Origin: Candidatus Scalinduaceae bacterium
GTDB lineage: Bacteria > Planctomycetota > Brocadiia > Brocadiales > Scalinduaceae
Reading direction: 5' to 3'
DNA: 63,712 bases
NCBI GenBank assembly: GCA_046759445.1
Contig: JBHICG010000012.1
Span: 1 to 63,712 of the forward strand
Part shown: piece after piece, positions 1 to 10,600 of the stretch
How the letters are laid out: each line of letters opens with the position of its first letter
Numbering within the stretch: the stretch's first letter is position 1
Program-made: the position numbers and the translations under genes
Notes under the pieces: generated by a model
Told to the model about the DNA's origin: nothing
The model's input: the letters and a program-made list of their open reading frames with translations, nothing else
Databases searched by the model: none

Positions 1-77
1 TGTCGATAGGCGCTATTGCGACTTCATTAAAGATTATCTTTGGAATTGAAAGGGCTTATCTCGGGGGTGGTGATTAA
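1..77 (+). CDS. 3' end of a hypothetical membrane protein (partial)
   Basis: Frame from position 3 reads SIGAIATSLKIIFGIERAYLGGGD*; its TAA overlaps the next ATG (TAATG). Confidence 0.75.
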   Translation, partial: SIGAIATSLKIIFGIERAYLGGGD

Positions 78-886
78 TGGAAAGATTGCTTAGGATAGAT
101 AGGCGTTATATCTTTGTCTTTGTTGCACTGGCAGTAACCATACCATTGCTCATTAGGTTTAATTTGCCTGTGCCTGCGACTAGGGAAGTTAAGGGTATAT
201 ACGATAAGATTGATTCTCTCTCGGAGGGGGCACATGTACTTATAGCTTTTGATTTCGACCCGGCATCAAAGGAAGAACTTCTACCAATGGCGTTAGCGCT
301 GTTACATCACTGTTTTAAAAAGAATGTTAAGGTGGTAGGAATGACACTTAATCCCGGTGGTACTGGTCTGGCAGATAGCGCTATTGCGGATACCGGAAAG
401 CAATACGAAAAGGTAAATAAGGAAGATTATGTTTTCCTGGGTTATAAGACGGGGGTAGAGTTGGTTATGATAAATATGGGTGAAAATATTTATTCCGCTT
501 TTCCAAAGGACTTTTATGGTAATACAACAGTTGATTTGCCGGCACTTAAAGGAGTGCAGTCATTGACGGATTTTGATTATGTAATAGATCTGGCATCTGG
601 TGCAAGTATTGAGGCCTGGATTGCATTTGGAAAGGAAAAGTATGATTTTGAACTTGGCGCTGGTTGTACTGCCGTAATAGGCCCTGACATGTATCCATTC
701 TTGCAGGCTAAACAGATAAATGGTTTGATGAGTGGCCTTAAAGGTGCCGCTGAATATGAGACACTCATAAAGCGTAAGTCATCGGCCGTTGCCGGCATGT
801 CTCCACAAAGTGTGGTGCACGTAATTGTTGTATTGTTCGTGATATTCGGGAATTTTATATACTTTATGTCTGGACGAAAGAGATGA
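77..886 (+). CDS. Conserved hypothetical membrane-anchored protein
   Basis: 269 aa with N- and C-terminal hydrophobic helices; translationally coupled to both neighbours. Confidence 0.85.
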   Translation: MERLLRIDRRYIFVFVALAVTIPLLIRFNLPVPATREVKGIYDKIDSLSEGAHVLIAFDFDPASKEELLPMALALLHHCFKKNVKVVGMTLNPGGTGLADSAIADTGKQYEKVNKEDYVFLGYKTGVELVMINMGENIYSAFPKDFYGNTTVDLPALKGVQSLTDFDYVIDLASGASIEAWIAFGKEKYDFELGAGCTAVIGPDMYPFLQAKQINGLMSGLKGAAEYETLIKRKSSAVAGMSPQSVVHVIVVLFVIFGNFIYFMSGRKR

Positions 887-1617
887 ATAGAGATGTATCT
901 ATCGTAACCTGGATAATAATAGCGTTTGGTATCGTAAACATATACTTCTTGTTTACAGGAAAGTTAAGTTTTGGGCAAGAGGGAATGGGCATAATTACGT
1001 CTGTTGCGCTTACGCTTGCCATATATAGTTTTCTTTATAAGGACAATCCAGCATTTAAAATCGCTGAGAATCTCTTTGTGGGGGTTGCCATGGGATATTG
1101 GATTATCATTACATGGTTCAATATCCTCAAGCCAGATGTATTTGAACCATTGATAGTTCCCTTATTCAAGGACACCGGCAAATCTCCTCAATACATTGTT
1201 ATTATCCCCACTATACTTGGCACCTTTATGCTTTTGAGATTTTCAACGAAATTATCATGGCTCAGTAGGTGGTCATTTGCATTTGTTGTTGGTCTGGGTT
1301 CAGGCATAACTATACCAAATTTTGTGCATGCCTTTATCCTGAAACAAATGGAACCAACGTTTGCACCCTTATACACCGGGGATTTTCTGGGTAGTGTAAA
1401 TACATTCTTGATTCTGCTGGGGGTGGTATCAGTATTGATTTATTTCTTCTTTTCTGTGGAACACAAGGGCGTTATCGGAGGGGTTTCCGTAATAGGTATA
1501 TGGTTTCTGATGATAGCCTTTGGCGCTTCTTTCGGTTATACCGTGATGGCCAGGATGTCACTCTTAATAGGACGAGTTCAGTTTTTATTAAGAGATTGGC
1601 TTGGGATAATACAATAA
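883..1617 (+). CDS. Hypothetical polytopic membrane protein
   Basis: 244 aa, about 7 hydrophobic segments, ATGA overlap with upstream gene. Confidence 0.85.
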   Translation: MNRDVSIVTWIIIAFGIVNIYFLFTGKLSFGQEGMGIITSVALTLAIYSFLYKDNPAFKIAENLFVGVAMGYWIIITWFNILKPDVFEPLIVPLFKDTGKSPQYIVIIPTILGTFMLLRFSTKLSWLSRWSFAFVVGLGSGITIPNFVHAFILKQMEPTFAPLYTGDFLGSVNTFLILLGVVSVLIYFFFSVEHKGVIGGVSVIGIWFLMIAFGASFGYTVMARMSLLIGRVQFLLRDWLGIIQ

Positions 1618-1619
1618 TG

Positions 1620-2585
1620 TTACTTTTTTAATTTTGACAAAATACCCAATCTGAGCAATGGTAACATTATCTCATGATGGCCCGTAATAGAATATCCATG
1701 TGTGGTTGGACGCTTTACTACGTTTGTTCGAGGGCGGTAGTGTTGAATCATATCCATATTAACGGCTGTAAAATCTTCAACTTTTTTACCAAGATTTCTC
1801 GCAACGGCCAATGCCTTTAGGAAAACCTCAGGCATTATGACGGCTGAACCTACGTTTATCCAGACCCCACCTTCAAGACCTGCAACTACCGAACATAGTA
1901 TCTTAAAGTCAACGTGGCTTGATTCTCCCAGATCGCCTCCGGAGATGTTTGGATGCATGTGAATCGTATCTGTACCTATGGCGACATGAACGGTTGTAGG
2001 TATGTTCAATTTGGTGCCAGCAGCGAGGATGCTAAACTGTTTGTACTTATTCTTGTCATTGATAATTTTCTTTCCCAGGGCCAGGCCCAATCCAATATTT
2101 TTTGGACCCTCCCCCTGCCCAGAAAAACCCTGAAAAGCCGCTATCCGAAAGGCCTCAGCAGTCTCTCCGGCCATTCCAAAACTTCCATCCTTAATACTAT
2201 GCGAAACGTCTTCCGAAGTTTCTCCAATCAGCGCTATCTCATAATCGTGAATTGCAGCAGACCCGTTCATTGCAACGGCAGTTACAATGCCTCGTTTCAT
2301 CAAATCTATAATAATGGGCGAAAGACCGCATTTTATTACGTGTGCTCCTATTGCCATTACTACTTGACGGTTTTTGTTAGTAGCCTTAGCAATGGCCTTA
2401 ATCACATTTCTAATGTTATTGCCAGCTAGAATCTCTGGCAGGGAATCGAGGAATTTATTGAATCCTTTATGCTCTATCACCTTGGCAAATTGTTTTATTC
2501 CAACAAGATTTTTTCTTCTTTTGATTGGATATGACTTGATTCCTTCTAGATTTATTGGTTTATGTTCTTTCTTCTGTTTCTTCAA
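1620..2585 (-). CDS. Deoxyhypusine-synthase-like fold protein (GSU2086-type)
   Basis: Motifs GAHVIKCG, AMNG..AIHD, GTDTIHMHP, NVGSAVIMPEVFLK, GHHEIM; TTG start after AGAGAGG. Confidence 0.7.
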   Translation of the reverse strand: MKKQKKEHKPINLEGIKSYPIKRRKNLVGIKQFAKVIEHKGFNKFLDSLPEILAGNNIRNVIKAIAKATNKNRQVVMAIGAHVIKCGLSPIIIDLMKRGIVTAVAMNGSAAIHDYEIALIGETSEDVSHSIKDGSFGMAGETAEAFRIAAFQGFSGQGEGPKNIGLGLALGKKIINDKNKYKQFSILAAGTKLNIPTTVHVAIGTDTIHMHPNISGGDLGESSHVDFKILCSVVAGLEGGVWINVGSAVIMPEVFLKALAVARNLGKKVEDFTAVNMDMIQHYRPRTNVVKRPTTHGYSITGHHEIMLPLLRLGILSKLKK

Positions 2586-2727
2586 ATTTTAAATCCTCTC
2601 TTTACTGCAAATGTGTAAGAATTTGCTTTTTAACAAAGTTTTCTAATGAATGTTAAATATCAAAATCCAAATGCCAAATCAATGCCCAAACAATTAAATG
2701 TCAAAACTTTTTTATGTTATTTGGGCT

Positions 2728-3894
2728 TTAGATTTCATTTGAACTTTTATGGTTACTGCTCTGCTGTACTATGTGATTAGGTGAGTGATTTTGGATTAAA
2801 ATCCTGGCCATTGCTTCTTCATAGTACTCCATCCCCTTTGTTATTCGTATTTCAATCTTGAGTGATAGGATATTGGCATCATTAATATTTTTGTTTCTTA
2901 TCTTCACAAGATCTTTCTGTGTAACTACAATAGCATCTACACCAAGCGATTTTGCCTCGGTAATAACGCTGTCTAACTCTTCCTGTGTATAGTAATGATG
3001 GTCGTGAAATGGTAGAAACCTTATCAAATCTACCCCGAGTTCCTTTAACGTAGATGCAAATGACTCTGGATTGCCTATTGCGCAAAGACCGTAAACCCTT
3101 TTTCCCCTCAACCATTCTGTCTCCAGTTTCGAACTATCGTTTATGTTCTCAATATATACGGGTTCATGAATTGATTCACAAACAGGAATTTCGCTATTTA
3201 TTTGGTTTAGTTTTTTATAGATTAATTTTATGGTATTTTCATCACTTTGATTACAGTGAGATAGCACAAAAAGGTCTGCACGTTTAAGGTTTTTAATAGG
3301 TTCCCTAAGACTTCCTCTGGGTATAAGGGACTCTCCTGCAAACGGATTAAGGGAATCTATAACAACAATATCCAAATCACGTTTCATCCTGAGGTGCTGG
3401 AACCCATCGTCGAGTATAAGACAGTTCGCGTCATAGTCTCTAATTGCCTTTTCCCCGGTCTGTACCCTGTCCTTGCCAAGCAAAATTGGTTCATCTTTAA
3501 GATTTTCCTTCAAGATAAGGTATTCATCATTAACAAATTTTCCAATCTTAAAGTTGTTGTCTTCAGCGGTTAAATTTCCCTTTGTTGTTTGAAGAACTTG
3601 TTCTCCATAGCCCCTGCTTAGTATTGCAACTATTTTACCTTTTTTTTGAAGGTACCTTGCTGAAAATTCTACAAGTGGTGTCTTGCCTGTTCCACCAGTG
3701 GTAATGTTTCCTATACTAATTACCCTGGCAGGCAATGTTTTGCTTTTTGCGATACCGTATTTGTAAAGAGCGTTTCTTGTATTCAATACTGCAAGATATG
3801 GATAAGTAAATGCAGAGAGGAATGATCTTATAAAAGCTGCTAAGAATCCTCTTTGTCGTCCTGAAAGGATTGATAGATAATATTCCTTTTCCAT
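2728..3894 (-). CDS. lpxK: Tetraacyldisaccharide 4'-kinase
   Basis: SIGNITTGGTGKTP, SRGYG, LDDGFQH, PRGSLRE, DHH.Y, TQKD motifs. Confidence 0.95.
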   Translation of the reverse strand: MEKEYYLSILSGRQRGFLAAFIRSFLSAFTYPYLAVLNTRNALYKYGIAKSKTLPARVISIGNITTGGTGKTPLVEFSARYLQKKGKIVAILSRGYGEQVLQTTKGNLTAEDNNFKIGKFVNDEYLILKENLKDEPILLGKDRVQTGEKAIRDYDANCLILDDGFQHLRMKRDLDIVVIDSLNPFAGESLIPRGSLREPIKNLKRADLFVLSHCNQSDENTIKLIYKKLNQINSEIPVCESIHEPVYIENINDSSKLETEWLRGKRVYGLCAIGNPESFASTLKELGVDLIRFLPFHDHHYYTQEELDSVITEAKSLGVDAIVVTQKDLVKIRNKNINDANILSLKIEIRITKGMEYYEEAMARILIQNHSPNHIVQQSSNHKSSNEI

Positions 3895-3932
3895 GAAAAA
3901 AGGTCTAGATGGGGCTTTGTTAAGGAATCTTT

Positions 3933-4568
3933 TTATTTGAGAGGGACAGACCAGTAAGCATTATCCAAAAACTGTTTCCATGTATGATATTTGTCTGAAC
4001 TTAGTTTTAAACATATGATAGGGCAATGTCGGGGCCTGACGGGTTTACGAATCAACTTCATTCTAGCCTCATGTGGTTTAAGACCACCCTTGTGCTTGTT
4101 GCAATTTGTACATGCACAAACAATATTTGTCCAGGTGCTTTTCCCACCTCTGGATTTGGGTATAACGTGATCCAGGCTTAATTCTGTTGTGGAAAATCTT
4201 TTACCGCAGTACTGACATTTATTCCCGTCCCTTGCAAAGATATTCTTTCTATTAAATTTGACATTTGATTTTGGTAGTTTGTCGAAAACAAGTAGTCGAA
4301 TAATCTTTGGCACCCTGATTTCTATTGAAAATGTTCTAATCGATTCAAATTCGGCTTCATCTGGCAATCCACATTTTGCCTTGTATGCAGAAACGTCTAC
4401 CCAACTAGAAAAATTATATGAATTATACTGTCCATTATCAATTGATATAACTTCGGCACTTTCCTTAAATAGCAACGTAAATGCTCTTTTTGCATTTACA
4501 ACATGAATTGCCGTAAAAAACTTGTTCAAGACCAAAACGCTAGAATTTAGCGCCTTTGTACTCTGCAT
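3933..4568 (-). CDS. HNH endonuclease (McrA-like)
   Basis: VLVLN, RD..KCQYCG, LDHVIPKSRGG, WTNIVCAC..CN..KG. Confidence 0.92.
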   Translation of the reverse strand: MQSTKALNSSVLVLNKFFTAIHVVNAKRAFTLLFKESAEVISIDNGQYNSYNFSSWVDVSAYKAKCGLPDEAEFESIRTFSIEIRVPKIIRLLVFDKLPKSNVKFNRKNIFARDGNKCQYCGKRFSTTELSLDHVIPKSRGGKSTWTNIVCACTNCNKHKGGLKPHEARMKLIRKPVRPRHCPIICLKLSSDKYHTWKQFLDNAYWSVPLK

Positions 4569-4604
4569 AAAAACACCCTAAACTTTAAAAATAAAAATAT
4601 CCTG

Positions 4605-5660
4605 TTATTGCTCAATGCTTTCTGCTATAAAATTTCCCACTTCGGTCGTTGAATAACCCATCTTTCCTGCATCAACGCCTTTAAGTTTGTTACCTATAAC
4701 ATTTATTACGGCGTCTTCAATAGATTTTGCAGCTTTTTCTTCACCTAATTGTTCAAGCATCATTGCGCATGCGGCAATAGCAGCAATAGGATTAATTACA
4801 TCCTTGCCGGTATATTTTGGAGCAGAACCTCCTATAGGCTCAAACATAGACACACCATCAGGGTTTATGTTCCCGCCTGCGGCAACTCCCATACCACCCT
4901 GAATCATTGCTCCTAAATCCGTAATAATGTCACCAAACATGTTACATGTAACGATCACGTCAAACCAATCAGGATTCTTTACCATCCACATACAAGTTGC
5001 ATCAACATGGGCATATTCACGTGTTATGTCCTTGTATTCTTCACCAACTTCATTAAACACCCTCCACCAGAGGTCATGCGCATAGGTCAGGACATTTGTC
5101 TTGGCGCAAAGCAAAAGTTTTTTTCGTTTACCCCTCTTACGTGTATATTCAAAGGCGTAACGAACACAACGCTCAACACCCTGCCTTGTATTAATCATTT
5201 CCTGTGTTGCGACTTCTTCAGGAGTTCCTTTTTTTAGAAAACCTCCTATTCCCGCGTATAGGCCCTCATTATTTTCACGAACAACAACAAAGTCGATATC
5301 ATCTGGCCCTTTATCCTTAAGTGGACACTCTACGCCAGGATATAATCTCACCGGACGCAAATTTATGTATTGTTGTAACTCAAACCTTAACCTTAGGAGT
5401 AAACCTTTTTCAAGGATACCTGGTTTTACGTCAGGATGACCAATAGCACCCAGATATATTGCATTACATTCTCTAAACTCCTGTATTAATGAATCCGGAA
5501 GGACTTCACCCGTTCTCAAATATCTCTCACCGCCGACGTCATACTCAATCAACTCATACTTAAAATTCTTTTTTTGACTAACAGCTTCAAGTATACGTAG
5601 CCCTTCACGTACTACCTCGGGGCCTGTCCCATCTCCAGGAATGACGGCTATTTTATACAA
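4605..5660 (-). CDS. leuB: 3-isopropylmalate dehydrogenase
   Basis: [38 protein letters not shown]; isocitrate/isopropylmalate dehydrogenase family; TTG start. Confidence 0.85.
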   Translation of the reverse strand: MYKIAVIPGDGTGPEVVREGLRILEAVSQKKNFKYELIEYDVGGERYLRTGEVLPDSLIQEFRECNAIYLGAIGHPDVKPGILEKGLLLRLRFELQQYINLRPVRLYPGVECPLKDKGPDDIDFVVVRENNEGLYAGIGGFLKKGTPEEVATQEMINTRQGVERCVRYAFEYTRKRGKRKKLLLCAKTNVLTYAHDLWWRVFNEVGEEYKDITREYAHVDATCMWMVKNPDWFDVIVTCNMFGDIITDLGAMIQGGMGVAAGGNINPDGVSMFEPIGGSAPKYTGKDVINPIAAIAACAMMLEQLGEEKAAKSIEDAVINVIGNKLKGVDAGKMGYSTTEVGNFIAESIEQ

Positions 5661-5741
5661 TGTTGTAACCTTTTATTAACATTTGAATTACAAAACAATT
5701 AAAATATAAATAATAACAATTATTTATGTTCTTTTTCAAGA

Positions 5742-5789
5742 AAAATAAGTTAGTTTACTTTGTCTAGCTAAAGTAAACTAACTTATTTT
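5742..5789. repeat. Perfect 20-bp inverted repeat with 8-nt loop
   Basis: aaaataagttagtttacttt-gtctagct-aaagtaaactaacttatttt. Confidence 0.85.
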
Positions 5790-6248
5790 ATCATAAGTAT
5801 ACAAGGATATAACCTCTTAATCCTGTGGTTTTGCTTATTTCTCCTTTACTCCGTGTGCAACTACTATTGCTGTACGTGTCTTAGATTGTCTAACATTCTC
5901 CATGACAAAATTTTAGATTTTTTGAAAACCTCAAGAACTGATTTAAATTCTTGACAACTATAGTGGAATTGGTATCAGGAAAAACATACATTTCTTAGTT
6001 TTTACAGAATAAATACTTATAAAAATATTGAGTTTCTTTGAAACTTTGTGTTGATTTAAATAAACGATTTTGAGCTAAAAAGAACTATCACTTCTTCACT
6101 TACACTTTTTTGACAAGCCTTATACCACAAAGAACTTACGACTTTTCTTTGCAAGTTTATTCATATCGGTACGAAAATTGTGAATCATAAATGTTCGCAC
6201 AAATGGAATATAACAACAAAACCTTAAAATATAAGGAAATGAATTTCT

Positions 6249-6392
6249 ATGCGAAAGTTGATGATCAGATTGATATTTTCATTCATTCTTTTAGTTTTAG
6301 GGGCAACGGCTTCGCTTGCTCTCAGTGTTACGGGAGATATTGTCAATAACATATTGAGTAAATACAAGGTTGAGACTAACAAGGATTTTTAG
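6249..6392 (+). CDS. Small single-TM or secreted peptide, 47 aa (below ORF-track cutoff)
   Basis: MRKLMIRLIFSFILLVLGATASLALSVTGDIVNNILSKYKVETNKDF*; AAGGA about 12 nt upstream. Confidence 0.5.
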   Translation: MRKLMIRLIFSFILLVLGATASLALSVTGDIVNNILSKYKVETNKDF

Positions 6393-6755
6393 GTAATAGT
6401 GTATACGAGATTATGACTACTAAGTGCACTGAAACCATTTAAAAAGAGGGAAAGTTTTTTTATTCTCAGATTGCACGAAATATGTCCGGCCCGACTGTTA
6501 TTTTCAGGTGGCAAAAAAATAATAACTGGCCTCTGAAACAGTCGGGTTTGCTTGACCATTTTTCAACATCTGCATCTCGTATGTGCGGGTAATAAACTTA
6601 CAAAGCTATTCCTGGCAGAGTAAAATTCTTCACTTTATTGTGGGTAAGTTATGACAGGTTTAGAAATTCAGAGACAAATCCTTCATTTTAGATTATAGAT
6701 AAATAGCATTATAATAAAAAACAGGGAGTATTCCTAAAACAAACTAATAACTGCA

Positions 6756-7436
6756 ATGAAAAGTAAAATAGATTGGTTTATACCTGGAGAAAAATTTTCT
6801 TTTCATCGTGAATGCTTGCTGCATTACGTATCAAGATTAGTAGAATGTTTGAAAAGTTATAGAAATGGAGATATGGATGCAGGTACTACTTTAAAAGCAT
6901 GTAAAAGTATACTCGCAGAAATCGATGACCCAGAGTTTCCTTTCTTCGCAGCAAAAAACTTTAGAGGGTTATTTTCATTTATATTATACGAACTCTCAAA
7001 AGTTCCACCTCGTCATCGAATGTTGACGCTCAAACCTGAAAAACAATATGAAGTGGGTTTTAGGAGGTTACCTATACATAGTGATGTAGAAAAAAGGAAA
7101 CATAAAAGAATAAAGAAACCGTATATAGTAAAGTTCCGACTTAGACCAAATGGAACTAAGGAAACGGTTTTCAATGATTGGGATGTGGTTGGAGTGAAAG
7201 ATTTGGGTGCTGGAGGTATGCTTTTAAATTGTAACAATAAATTGAGAATTGGTTCACTTCTAGATTTAAAGATAGGCCTTTCTACATCTATACCTCTCAT
7301 AAATTGTGTTGGGATAGTAATCCGCATTAAAAAACAAATCCATTCTTCTATATTTAATATAGCAATAGCATTTATGGAGATTGGTAGACAAGAAAAAGAA
7401 ATGATAAATAAAACCGCTGAAGGAATTTTAGGATAG
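6756..7436 (+). CDS. PilZ domain protein
   Basis: EKRKHKRI (RxxxR) and DLGAGG (D/NxS/GxxG-like) c-di-GMP motifs in the C-terminal half. Confidence 0.85.
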   Translation: MKSKIDWFIPGEKFSFHRECLLHYVSRLVECLKSYRNGDMDAGTTLKACKSILAEIDDPEFPFFAAKNFRGLFSFILYELSKVPPRHRMLTLKPEKQYEVGFRRLPIHSDVEKRKHKRIKKPYIVKFRLRPNGTKETVFNDWDVVGVKDLGAGGMLLNCNNKLRIGSLLDLKIGLSTSIPLINCVGIVIRIKKQIHSSIFNIAIAFMEIGRQEKEMINKTAEGILG

Positions 7437-7622
7437 AAAAGTTAAACTTCCCTCTACCATCCTTCGTAAAGAGAAATAACTTTTTTTCCCGTTAAATCAG
7501 CAAGGTATCGAAAATAATCTTCTTTCAATGTCTACTGTCAACAGGATCATTTTATGCGAAAATGCTATTGATTCTCCGTGTATTTCAGGTGTGACACGAG
7601 GCGCACGTATACAATTACCAAT

Positions 7623-10600
7623 TTATCTTACCCTCCATTTGTCCACACGGCAGACGTTTGCAAAATCACAGCGTCCCTCACCGCAGAGATCAAGATTATG
7701 CGGAGCAAGTTCAATCTTTCCATTATGGATTTTTCTGGAGAAGTGCAGAATATGGTTCTTTGCATCTTCTAGTCGCTTGTTAAATTCTTTACTATCAACA
7801 GAAAGGGATTTTTTGGATGGTTTAATGTCAAGTTTTTGTTCATTGATTAATTCCTGGTCGTATATTCCTGTTTTCTTAAGGGACTTCAGTGCATGGAATT
7901 CAGCGGCAACCGGAACTATCTTGAATACATCTCTAAGAGCGAGTACGTAAATGGGCAGTTGTAAATCTGTGCCTTCTTCAATGTCTTCCAACTTGAACTC
8001 TGTTTTCCCATATTTATAGTCGATGATTATGCCCACTTTCTTTCCGTTTACCACAGAGACATCAATCCTATCAATCTTGCCAGTAATTTCAATACACCCA
8101 GTTTTGCTATCCATAATCTCTAAAGGTTTATGCTTTTCCTTTCCAAATTCCTCTTCAAACATTTCATGTTTGAACGTGGATATGGCAGATTCTTTTTCCT
8201 TGGACTCAAATGCCAAAAGTGTCTTAAGCATCTCATTCTTGATTTTTAATTCCCCAAGACCCATAACTATCCTTTTGGTTTTTTGATTAAATATTTCTTC
8301 AAATATCTTAGAGATTTCTTTTTCCTTGGTTCTTTCAAAATACTCCTTAAGAACCATATGGATGATTGTTCCCTGCAACGGTGAATCCAAAGTTACAGAA
8401 AGGACCGGCTTAAGATTAAGTGTAAATCCTCCAAAGTACTTGTAAGGGCATTGAGCAAAATCTCTTAGTTTTGTAGGCGAAAACCTTCTGCTCGTATCAT
8501 GGATTATTTTTATTATGTCTTTGTCGAGAAGTCTTAGTTTTGTGTCTCCATAATAATTTATCAGTCTTCTTAATTTGTAAAGTTGTTCTCTAAAGCGAGG
8601 TGCATTTTCTATATTATTATAAAGCCAAAGAGCAATGTCCTTCTCATACTGTTTACTGGTGGGTGTATGCGGGGAATTAAAGTGATAGTAAACGTAATTC
8701 CGCACGTCTGTTGAATTGATAATTTCTTCAGGCGCTGGCATGATTCTGTAAAGATTTCTCTTAATGGTAATTCTTTGAAGCAATTCATCTGGGAGTAATT
8801 TTTTAATATCTGACAGGAAGAAAGAAGGTAACGTCATATTACCGTCACTGTTTGTTGATGGATATGTTAAATAAAGCCTTTCCTTTGCACGCGTAATAGC
8901 TATGTAGAATAAATATCTTTCCTCGTCCCTCTGCTCATCGGCTTCTCTCAGGACTATTTTTCCTGTTTCATTAAGCTTCCTTCTGTGAAAATCTTTGATG
9001 AATAAATCTTCTCGCACCTGCCTGGGAAATTCCTTTTCGAGCAATCCTCCCACAAAGACAACGGGTATTTCCCATTGTCTGGCCTCCAGGACATCGATAA
9101 CGTTAACGACATCTTTTCTCCTGTCTATTTTTCCATACGATGTTATGGCAATCTGTGAATCAAGGATATAGTTGAATTCCTCAAATGTAATATTACCTGC
9201 ATCTTCTACAAGTTCATTTAAGGAAACGTTGTTAAGGATTGCGAGGAACTCCCTCAAGGCGCCAGCATCTGCTTTCAAAATTTCCAGGATTTCCTGACCA
9301 TGGTGCTCTTCTTTAACTTTGTCAGTTATGCTACCGTTGCCATTATTTAAAGGGGCAAATGTATGGGTGTAAAACAGGTTTACAATATTAATATACCATC
9401 TGCAATAGAATCCAAATGGATGCTTTCCTTCCAAACTGCTGAAGGCATTCTTTATACCTGTTAAGAATTCATTAACGGGCTTAAATTCTGAATATGACGT
9501 AAACTCTATCCACTTGTCACAATCGTTTATGCTGCCTTTCTTTGAATATTTGAGTTCTAATCTGTTTATGAGGTCACTGCTTATGCCTACGTTAGATCTT
9601 AAAACCCTCCAGACTGAATCATCCTGCCACATATCTGTAAAGATTTTTGTTGTATTTAATATGGCCTTAATTAATGGATTGTTTTTAAGGGGTTTCTTTG
9701 CATAGATTCTAAATGGAATATCGAACCTTGTGAATGTGTCTTCTATAATGTCCTGATATCTTGCAACATTCCTGAATATGACTCCAATCTGTCCAAAATT
9801 GTATCCATTCCTATAAGTCAGTTGTCTTATCCTGCGGGCGATTTGTTCGACTTCATCCTGGATATTGGTGGCAACAATGATCTGAAGTGATTTATCATTT
9901 TCAAAATGGAGATTTTTTTTATTTATGCCTTTTGTATTTGAGAAGATATTTGCTTCAATGTGTTTTAATTTCGTTGAGGACGTTCTCCTGTTTTTGTCAA
10001 GGTGTTTTTCTTGAAGGCCCAATTCTTCAAGTCGAGAATATGTTTTATGAGAGGCCTTAAAACTTGACGGTAGAGGGTCTGTGGTTTGATAAGGTAAGGT
10101 AATAAATACAGTTGGGATAATTGGAGTTAATTGTTTTATTAATCCCAGTTCAAGTTGTGTGTAATCATGGAAGCCGTCTATCAATAATAATTCAACATGA
10201 GAAAAAACCTCTTTATTTTCATTTAGGTGGCGTAATGCCTGTGCGAGGAAATCTTCTTTATCCACTAACCCATTTTCCTTCAGAGTCTGTTGATAACAAT
10301 CGTAAAGTGTCACCAGTTCATTGCACTTCAGGTTGAAGGGTGAATCTCTTTTGCCAGATTGAACCTCTTTCAGCACGGTCTTAAAGGAAGGTGGATCAAG
10401 TGAATTTTCTTTAATTTCCCTTATAAAGTTCAGGAACTGCCTTTTAAATCCAGCGTAATCTAAAACCTTTGTAAAGTATTTTGTGCTTATGTTCCTGAAG
10501 AGATTTGAGGGAATTGCTTCCTTTTCATTTTCGCCTATTGGTTGCCTGAGTTGAATGGTTTTGTCTTTCTTGTTTTCATCGATCAATTTCCTCAGGGGAA

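Noticed and set aside
3933..4568. HNH gene as a mobile homing endonuclease or IscB
   Set aside because: No RuvC or PLMP motifs, no flanking ends or intron; it is embedded in a housekeeping run
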